A DNA stretch of 64,000 nt. Source: an uncultured Dehalococcoidaceae bacterium. GTDB lineage: Bacteria > Chloroflexota > Dehalococcoidia > Dehalococcoidales > RBG-16-60-22. The number at the start of each line of letters is the position of its first letter. Position 1 is the first letter of the stretch. The notes under the pieces were generated by a model. It searched no databases. It was not told the DNA's origin and saw only the letters and a list, made by a program, of their open reading frames with translations. The DNA lies in the NCBI GenBank assembly GCA_964615345.1, contig CAZTMR010000001.1:45355-109354 (forward strand), read 5' to 3'. The position numbers and the translations under genes were made by a program. Shown here in pieces: positions 54,557 to 64,000 of this stretch.

Positions 54557-55570
54557 TCACCGCCCCCTGTCGGCAACAAAGGCGGCCAGGTCAGCTAGAC
54601 GGCAGCTATAACCCCACTCGTTATCGTACCAGGCGATTATTTTGGCCATTTTATCGCTGATTACCATTGTGCTCAGAGAATCGAAAATGGCGCTCGCCGG
54701 ATTACCGATAAAGTCAGTGCTTACCAGGGGTTCCCGGCAATATTCCAGAATGCCGGAGAGATAACCCTCGCTGGCTTCCTGAAAAGCCTGGTTTATCTGC
54801 TCCGCGGTCACTTCCTTGCTCAGGTTGACCACAAAATCGACCACGGAAACGGTGGCGATGGGTACCCGGAAGGCCATGCCGTGCAGCCGTCCCTTCATCT
54901 CCGGCATAACGTGGGTGACGGCGTAAGCTGCGCCGGTAGTCGTCGGGATGAGGTTCGCCGCTGCGGCCCGGGCCCGGCGCAGGTCCTTGTGAAACATGTC
55001 CTGGATTCTCTGGTCATTGGTATAGGCATGGATGGTGGACATCAGCCCGCTGACACACCCGAAGTTCCGGTGCAGCACCTTGACCAGCGGCGCGATGCCG
55101 TTGGTGGTGCAGGAGGCGTTTGAAATCACGGTGTGCTTCGCCGGGTCGTATTCGTTTTCATTAACCCCCAGGACTATCGTGGCATCCTCGTTCTTGGCCG
55201 GGGCGGAAATGATTACTTTCCCGGCCCCGCCTTTCAGGTGACCGGCCGCTTTTTTGGCATCGGTAAAAAGTCCGGTCGATTCAATGACGATGTCCACACC
55301 GTAATCGCGCCAGGGTATACCGGCCGGGTCTCGCTCCGATAGCACTCTTACTTCTCTGCCGTCCACGCTGATGGCTCCGTCACCGGCCGTCACCTCTCCG
55401 GGGAAACGGCCGTAAGTGCTGTCCCATTTCAGCAGGTGGGCGTTCGTCCCGGTGTCGGTAAGGTCGTTTACCGCCACCACTTCAAGTTTGTCTTTATGGT
55501 ACTTGTTGATGGTCCGGAAAGTTAATCTCCCGATTCGTCCAAAACCATTGATGCCAATCCTGGTAGCCAT
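54557..55570 (-). CDS. gap: glyceraldehyde-3-phosphate dehydrogenase, type I
   Basis: INGFGRIGR and the active site SNASCTTN. Confidence 0.95.
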   Translation of the reverse strand: MATRIGINGFGRIGRLTFRTINKYHKDKLEVVAVNDLTDTGTNAHLLKWDSTYGRFPGEVTAGDGAISVDGREVRVLSERDPAGIPWRDYGVDIVIESTGLFTDAKKAAGHLKGGAGKVIISAPAKNEDATIVLGVNENEYDPAKHTVISNASCTTNGIAPLVKVLHRNFGCVSGLMSTIHAYTNDQRIQDMFHKDLRRARAAAANLIPTTTGAAYAVTHVMPEMKGRLHGMAFRVPIATVSVVDFVVNLSKEVTAEQINQAFQEASEGYLSGILEYCREPLVSTDFIGNPASAIFDSLSTMVISDKMAKIIAWYDNEWGYSCRLADLAAFVADRGR

Positions 55571-55589
55571 TTTTCCCTCCTCGTGTCTA

Positions 55590-56879
<1,290 letters not shown>

Positions 56880-57407
56880 TCAGTCTCCAGTCCGCTCAGA
56901 ATGGTTGTTTATTATTATCGCCAGGGCTTTCCTGACCGCGTCGGCGGCATCATTCGCCGGGATAATGCCCCCGTCCATCTGTCCGTTGCGGAACAGCGAC
57001 CAGGTATTGAGCCCGATAACCGGGATTCCGTTCTGCAAAGCGTGCCCGATCTCTGACAGTGTCCCGTAGCTGCCGCCGACGGCGATTACCGCCCGGCAGG
57101 ACTTTACCACGATAACGTTGCGGGCATAGCCCAGCCCGGTCACGATGGGTATCTGCACGTACGGGTTGGCCGTCCGGAAGCTGTCTCCGGGAAGAATACC
57201 GATGGTTGTTCCTCCCTCCTCGCTGGCTCCCCGGCAAGCCGCTTCCATTACTCCCCCCAGCCCGCCACACACCAGGGCGGCGTCTTTTTTCGCCAGCTGC
57301 CGGCCGACTTCACCGGCGGTGCGTAATTCGGACGCTGAAGCGTCTCCGCCGCCAATAACGGCGATACACACTTTCTGTTGACGGCTCGTTTTCGGCATAC
57401 TAATCAA
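56880..57407 (-). CDS. LOG/TIGR00725-family Rossmann-fold protein
   Basis: VIGGGDAS..ALVCGGLGGVMEAACRGA..GGTTIGILPG..AVGGSYGTLSEI. Confidence 0.7.
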   Translation of the reverse strand: MISMPKTSRQQKVCIAVIGGGDASASELRTAGEVGRQLAKKDAALVCGGLGGVMEAACRGASEEGGTTIGILPGDSFRTANPYVQIPIVTGLGYARNVIVVKSCRAVIAVGGSYGTLSEIGHALQNGIPVIGLNTWSLFRNGQMDGGIIPANDAADAVRKALAIIINNHSERTGD

Positions 57408-57463
57408 TGATTATAGCATTTTGGCCTTGTTTCCAGCAAAAGGAATGAGCGGAAAAAGCTACT

Positions 57464-57802
57464 TCAAGAGGTAGTTGACACCCAGTACCAGCAGGCCGGT
57501 GATGAACATCGCCGCGGAAAACCGGAAAACGTGGGGCACGACCATTTCGGGTAAAACATGTCCGTAACCGGGCCCCTGGCAGCCCCGTGCTTCCGGGCCA
57601 GCTCGGTGAGGGGGCACTGCCAGTTATTGAGAACAAGCACCAGGCCTTCCGCCAGCACCGCGCCAATGGCGGCAGCCAGGTACCAGTTATAGGTGCGGGT
57701 AATACCCGCGTAAAGCACATAGGCCACGCAGGCGGACATGAGGAGGAAGATTACGGTATGGATAAGCTTGATGGCAAACAGCTTATTCAGGGTAACGCTC
57801 AT
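57464..57802 (-). CDS. small membrane protein (DUF2784-like by memory); the 3' end is probably frameshifted
   Basis: Two TM helices followed by WQCPLTELARK. The last ~26 codons look out of frame, and an overlapping frame encodes a third hydrophobic helix (see finding). Confidence 0.5.
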   Translation of the reverse strand: MSVTLNKLFAIKLIHTVIFLLMSACVAYVLYAGITRTYNWYLAAAIGAVLAEGLVLVLNNWQCPLTELARKHGAARGPVTDMFYPKWSCPTFSGFPRRCSSPACWYWVSTTS

Positions 57803-57834
57803 GGAAACATCGCCTTCCCATAACGGAGTACTCT

Positions 57835-58410
57835 TCAGTTGTACTCGTTCATGGCGGCCGTCAGACCTCTGGTCAGCAGACAGAGAACGGCCCGGCTGAC
57901 ATCCGGAATCACTCCGGACATAATCTTTTTCTCTTCCGCGGTAAAGTCGCTCAGCACGTAGTCGATTATGGCCGCTTCCTTGTCTGCGGCTTCGGAGAAG
58001 GACGGCCGGCCGATACCCACCCGGACGCGAATGAAGTCCGGGCTGCCCAGCCGGCTGATAATGGACTCGATACCGTTGTGCCCGCCGGAGCCGCTTCCCT
58101 GGCGGATACGAATCTTGCCCGCCGGCAGGTCGAGGTCATCATGTATCACCACCAGGTCATCGAGCCTGATTTGCAGCCGGTCCACCAGCGGGGCTATCGC
58201 TTCTCCACTGTGGTTCATATAGCTCTGGGGCCGTGCCGCCATCAGCGGCACTCCGTCTGCCTGGCCGGTACCCGTCCGGGCCTTTCCCCGCTTTTTGTCC
58301 AGCTTGATCCCGTGCGCCCGGCAAAAGTGCCTCAGGCACATAAAGCCGATGTTATGCCGGTGGCGGGCATAAAAACACCCCGGGTTGCCCAATCCGACGA
58401 CTAGTTTCAT
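57835..58410 (-). CDS. pth: peptidyl-tRNA hydrolase
   Basis: MKLVVGLGNPG..RHNIGF..GHNGIESI. Confidence 0.9.
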   Translation of the reverse strand: MKLVVGLGNPGCFYARHRHNIGFMCLRHFCRAHGIKLDKKRGKARTGTGQADGVPLMAARPQSYMNHSGEAIAPLVDRLQIRLDDLVVIHDDLDLPAGKIRIRQGSGSGGHNGIESIISRLGSPDFIRVRVGIGRPSFSEAADKEAAIIDYVLSDFTAEEKKIMSGVIPDVSRAVLCLLTRGLTAAMNEYN

Positions 58411-58411
58411 C

Positions 58412-60475
<2,064 letters not shown>

Positions 60476-60566
60476 TTAGTGGCTACACCAAGTATAGCAC
60501 AGCGCCTTTCGTGGCAAAAGGAAGAGCGGGCGGCAAAAATGACAGTTGCGACTGCGCCGGCTGATA

Positions 60567-61124
60567 TCAGAAGGGTTTTATCCGTAGCGGCAGGCCGGAG
60601 ACCACCAGGTAGACCTCATCCGCTCTCCGGGCGAGTTTTTGGTTGGCTTTGCCCAGCAGGTCGCGGTACAGCCGGGCCGCGCGGTTGGCGGGAACTATTC
60701 CCAGCCCCACCTCGTTGGTTACCATGATAAAGTTTGCGTCTACCCGGTTAATGCAGTCGATGAGGGCGTCAACCTCGGTCAGCGTTTCTTCCTCGGCGTG
60801 AGCCGTATTCTTGGGCTCCCCGTTCGCGTCACAGTGTTTCTCCAGGATGTTGCTTACCAGCAGGGTAATGCAGTCTACGACCACCGTTTTTGCCTCGCCG
60901 GCATCTTCGATGATGCGCTTGCCTATTCCGCCGGTCGCTTCCAGAGTGCGCCATGATTTGGGCCGGGAGCGGCGGTGTTTTTCAATACGGTCGCGCATAT
61001 CCGGGTCCCTGGCTTCGGCGGTAGCCACGAACAGTACCGGCTGGCCGGAATCAAGGACCAGTTCCTGCGCCAGCTGGCTTTTGCCGGCGCGGACCCCGCC
61101 ACTGATGAGGGTGCATTTCGTCAT
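60567..61124 (-). CDS. cobU: adenosylcobinamide kinase / adenosylcobinamide-phosphate guanylyltransferase
   Basis: P-loop SGGVRAGKS, about 185 aa, in a cob operon context. Confidence 0.85.
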   Translation of the reverse strand: MTKCTLISGGVRAGKSQLAQELVLDSGQPVLFVATAEARDPDMRDRIEKHRRSRPKSWRTLEATGGIGKRIIEDAGEAKTVVVDCITLLVSNILEKHCDANGEPKNTAHAEEETLTEVDALIDCINRVDANFIMVTNEVGLGIVPANRAARLYRDLLGKANQKLARRADEVYLVVSGLPLRIKPF

Positions 61125-61130
61125 CTCGCC

Positions 61131-61808
61131 TTACCTGTCTTTCAGCGCCAGCTCTTTGATTTCCAGGTAGCGGTGTTCTCCCCGGCTGACTTTCTCGGCT
61201 GCGGTGATTTCCAGTCGTTTCCGGAACAGCGGCCCGTCCACCACCAGCGTGTGAAATTCCCCGGCTTCACCGCAGGGTGTGACCTCCGTGGTCTGGCTCA
61301 TCTCTTCCAGCTCGCGGATAAAGTCGTAGTCGATTGTCCTCCCCAGCCACTCTTCTCCCAGTATCTCTGCCCTGGTGGCGACTATCACCGACTTGAACCC
61401 CGCGTCGATGAACTCTCGTATCAACCGGTCTTGGTTCTCCTGCCACAGCGGCAGGTGGGCCCTGAGTCCGGCCCCGGCGCAGATCCGCTCGTTCCATCTC
61501 CGGTGCTCGATAAAATCGATATCGCCGAAGATGCCCCCCTCTATCCCTTCCTGCCGAAAACCGTTCAGCAGGCTGACAAACTCGGCTTCATAGGTCGGAC
61601 GCGTTGTGCGGCGCTGGACTAGCGGTATCCCCAGGGCCTCCGCCTGAGACCGGATGACGTAAGCCGCCACTCCGTGGCTGCAGGAGCGTTTCCCGTCTTC
61701 GGTCACCATATTTGCCAGGTAGCGGAGTTGAAAGCCTTCCCGCTGGGCGCGGTAAGCGGCCAGGCAGCCGTCCTTCCCCCCGCTCCAGGAAACGAATACC
61801 CCGTACAT
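61131..61808 (-). CDS. PP-loop ATP pyrophosphatase, MJ0570/Dph6-like domain protein
   Basis: N-terminal VFVSWSGGKDGCLA (SGGKD PP-loop), 225 aa. It is packed 1 nt after cobC and 6 nt before cobU. Confidence 0.6.
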   Translation of the reverse strand: MYGVFVSWSGGKDGCLAAYRAQREGFQLRYLANMVTEDGKRSCSHGVAAYVIRSQAEALGIPLVQRRTTRPTYEAEFVSLLNGFRQEGIEGGIFGDIDFIEHRRWNERICAGAGLRAHLPLWQENQDRLIREFIDAGFKSVIVATRAEILGEEWLGRTIDYDFIRELEEMSQTTEVTPCGEAGEFHTLVVDGPLFRKRLEITAAEKVSRGEHRYLEIKELALKDR

Positions 61809-61809
61809 T

Positions 61810-62427
61810 TTATTCTCCTTCCGGTTGCAGGTGCGATACGTCGTTCAATAAGCTCAGGATTGCCCCCTGCGGGTAGGTGTCCACGATGGTGAGCGAGGCG
61901 ATGTCGGTGCGCAGCTGTCGCCAGCGCTGCGGTTCTATCTCCAGCAAATGGCAGAGGAGCAGCCTCAGCACCCCGCTGTGGGCCACGATGAGTACGGTGT
62001 CCTCCGGGGAGTGCCCTTCCAGTCTCTTCGGGAAGCGGCTCACCCGCCGGTTAAGGTCGCCGATGCATTCTCCCTCGGGAAACCCGAAGCTCAGGTCTCT
62101 GGTGGACCAGTTTGCTGCCAGTTCCGGGAACTGCTGGCTTATTTCGCTGAAGTTCAGTCCTTCCACCCTGCCGAAGTTTATCTCGTGCAGTTCCGTGCAG
62201 GCCACCGGTTTCAGCCGGTGGGGGATGGCGATAATCTCCGCGGTCAGAGTCGCCCGGCACAGGTCGCTGGCGTAAACGCAGCTTATCTTTTCCTCCCGCA
62301 GCCGGTCGCGCAGGCGCTCCGCCTGTCTCACCCCCTCTTCGCTCAGCGCCACGTCCGTGTGGCCCCAGAAACGCTCGGCACTGTTCGATCTGGTGTTGCC
62401 GTGCCTTACCAGCAGCAGTCTGGCCAT
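61810..62427 (-). CDS. cobC: alpha-ribazole phosphatase (histidine phosphatase family)
   Basis: LLLVRHGNT catalytic RHG motif and a second His in VAHSGVLR. Operon context supports the call. Confidence 0.75.
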   Translation of the reverse strand: MARLLLVRHGNTRSNSAERFWGHTDVALSEEGVRQAERLRDRLREEKISCVYASDLCRATLTAEIIAIPHRLKPVACTELHEINFGRVEGLNFSEISQQFPELAANWSTRDLSFGFPEGECIGDLNRRVSRFPKRLEGHSPEDTVLIVAHSGVLRLLLCHLLEIEPQRWRQLRTDIASLTIVDTYPQGAILSLLNDVSHLQPEGE

Positions 62428-62441
62428 TTTTTTGCTCCCGC

Positions 62442-63191
62442 TCAGAACAGTCCCATATTGGCGAGCAGGCTGATGAAAAGTAGCACGCCCACCTCGCTGA
62501 TTTCGTTTATCGCCCCGTAGTTATCTCCGGTAAGACCGGAAAACTTGTTCCGGAAATAAGCGGCCGCGGTCAAGGTCACCACCCAGGCGACGAACATTAT
62601 CGCCAGCCCGATGAGCTGGGCGATAAGCATAACCGCCACTGCCGTGAAAGTCGTCGCTGCGGTAAATCGCGGCCAGCTGGTGCCCTGCTTGAATGCCGCC
62701 CCCATACCCGTCGGCTTGGCATACGGGTAGGCTAATATCGCATAGACCATCGCCCACCGGCCGAGCATCGGCATCATCACCAGGGTTATTATCAGTGACT
62801 GGCCCGGAACGCTGTTCAGCGCGGAGTATTTCACCAGCAGCAGCAGGACGACGCTGATGACGCCGAAACTTCCCGCCCGGCTGTCGCTCATTACCCGCCA
62901 CCGGTCTGACGCCGTTTTTTGCCCGCCGATTCCGTCACAGGTATCGGCAAAACCGTCCAGGTGCAGCCCCCCGCTGACGATGACCATAAAAGTAATCAGC
63001 AGCGCACTGGTAACACCGGATGGTAAAAACAGGCCGAACAGCCAGCTCAGACCGGCCAGAATAAGCCCGATGATAACCCCGATTATCGGGAAATAACCGG
63101 TTGACCGCCCCGGCGTCTCCAGGCTGAAGTCCCGCCGTCCCGGCACCGGGATGCTGGTCAGGAACTGTAATGACGCCAGGAAGCTTCTCAA
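62442..63191 (-). CDS. cobS: adenosylcobinamide-GDP ribazoletransferase (cobalamin synthase)
   Basis: Polytopic membrane protein with LQFLTSIPV and HLDGFADTCDG motifs. Confidence 0.85.
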   Translation of the reverse strand: MRSFLASLQFLTSIPVPGRRDFSLETPGRSTGYFPIIGVIIGLILAGLSWLFGLFLPSGVTSALLITFMVIVSGGLHLDGFADTCDGIGGQKTASDRWRVMSDSRAGSFGVISVVLLLLVKYSALNSVPGQSLIITLVMMPMLGRWAMVYAILAYPYAKPTGMGAAFKQGTSWPRFTAATTFTAVAVMLIAQLIGLAIMFVAWVVTLTAAAYFRNKFSGLTGDNYGAINEISEVGVLLFISLLANMGLF

Positions 63192-64000
63192 CTGCTTGCT
63201 CCGTCTCCTTCGGAGACACCGGCTTCGGTAAAAGTGGCCATTTCTGCCAGGATCCGGACGGCTGCCTCCGCCAGAAATATACCTAGTGCCGCACCGGTGC
63301 CTTCACCCAGGCGCAGTCTCAGGTCGAGCAAGGGCTGCAGTCCCAGGTGCTCCAGCATTAGGCGGTGCCCCGCCTCCGCGGACAGGTGTGAAGCAATAAG
63401 GTAATCTTTCAGGCCCGGACAGATGGACGTGGCGATGAGTGCCGCCGCCCCGGAAACGAAGCCATCGATTACTACCGGTACCCTTCGGGCTGCTGCGCCC
63501 AGCATTACTCCCGCCAGCCCCCCGATTTCGAACCCTCCGACTCTGGCCAGCACCTCGAGCGGTCTGCCGGGGTCGGGACGGTTTAGCTCCAGCGCCCGGC
63601 GGATAACCTCTGTTTTACGGGACAGTTGTTCGTCGGTCAGTCCCGTGCCGCGGCCCGTAACCGCCTCTACCGGCTTGCCGGTGATGGCGGCGCAAATGGC
63701 GCTGCTGGCGCTGGTATTGCCGATGCCCATATCCCCCGTGCCCACGATGTCCAGACCTTTCTCCGCCTCCTCCTCTGCCACCCTTATTCCCGCTTCGACC
63801 GCTCTCTCCGCCTGCTCGAGCGTCATCGCCGGCCCGGCGGCGATGTTGGCGGTACCGCGCCCGATGTTACAGCTTACCAGCCGGCGGTCGGCTTTCAGTT
63901 CGGTCGCCACTCCCATATCCACGATAACAACCCTCGCTCCTGCCTGCCGGGCAAGGACGTTGATTCCCGCGCCTCCTCCCAGAAAATTATATACCATCTG
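63188..64000 (-). CDS. cobT: nicotinate-nucleotide--dimethylbenzimidazole phosphoribosyltransferase, C-terminal ~270 aa; the gene continues past the right edge
   Basis: GDMGIGNTSAS, LGEGTGAAL. The reading frame is open to position 64000, so the ATG at 63997 is probably internal. Confidence 0.85.
   Translation of the reverse strand, partial: QMVYNFLGGGAGINVLARQAGARVVIVDMGVATELKADRRLVSCNIGRGTANIAAGPAMTLEQAERAVEAGIRVAEEEAEKGLDIVGTGDMGIGNTSASSAICAAITGKPVEAVTGRGTGLTDEQLSRKTEVIRRALELNRPDPGRPLEVLARVGGFEIGGLAGVMLGAAARRVPVVIDGFVSGAAALIATSICPGLKDYLIASHLSAEAGHRLMLEHLGLQPLLDLRLRLGEGTGAALGIFLAEAAVRILAEMATFTEAGVSEGDGASS

Overview
This is a GC-rich, densely coded 64-kb bacterial chromosomal segment. I saw no rRNA, CRISPR array, transposase, integrase or prophage signature. 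About 90% of it is ordinary housekeeping. Genes present include partial fabF, mtaB, GTP-PEPCK, uvrA, an orphan sbcC/rad50-like ATPase, ffh, a dgt-like/dnaG/rpoD block, a complete F-type ATP synthase operon, rimM, a KH-domain gene, rpsP and nfi. They continue with prfB (classical +1 frameshift), radC, plsY, msrPQ, serS, lysS, recO, recR, ybaB, dnaX, gap, eno, pth, ligA and a cobT-cobS-cobC-x-cobU cobamide nucleotide-loop operon. There are three tRNAs: Arg-TCG, His-GTG and Ser-TGA. The protein sequences and the corrinoid-salvage content feel Chloroflexota/Dehalococcoidia-like, but that is inference I cannot verify here. The standout is 49.1-54.5 kb. Two paralogous ~390-aa tubulin/FtsZ-superfamily GTPases have cores that resemble archaeal CetZ more than bacterial FtsZ. 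Both end in an FtsZ-like DIPSLL tail. They bracket a 715-aa and a 176-aa cytoplasmic alpha-helical protein, both built on 11-residue (hendecad) periodicity. The four genes have their own promoters and a terminator, and they sit between core genes with no mobile-element signs. I propose this as a candidate undescribed bacterial cytoskeletal module. Smaller observations are: a 32-codon membrane micro-ORF inside the atp operon; fabF without a canonical start codon; two apparently leaderless genes; a hairpin in the pckG leader; tandem A6 slippery runs in dnaX; a probable frameshift in a small membrane-protein gene; and a PP-loop ATP pyrophosphatase embedded in the cob operon. All coordinates, motifs and repeat arithmetic were read by eye. 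No database search or alignment program was run.
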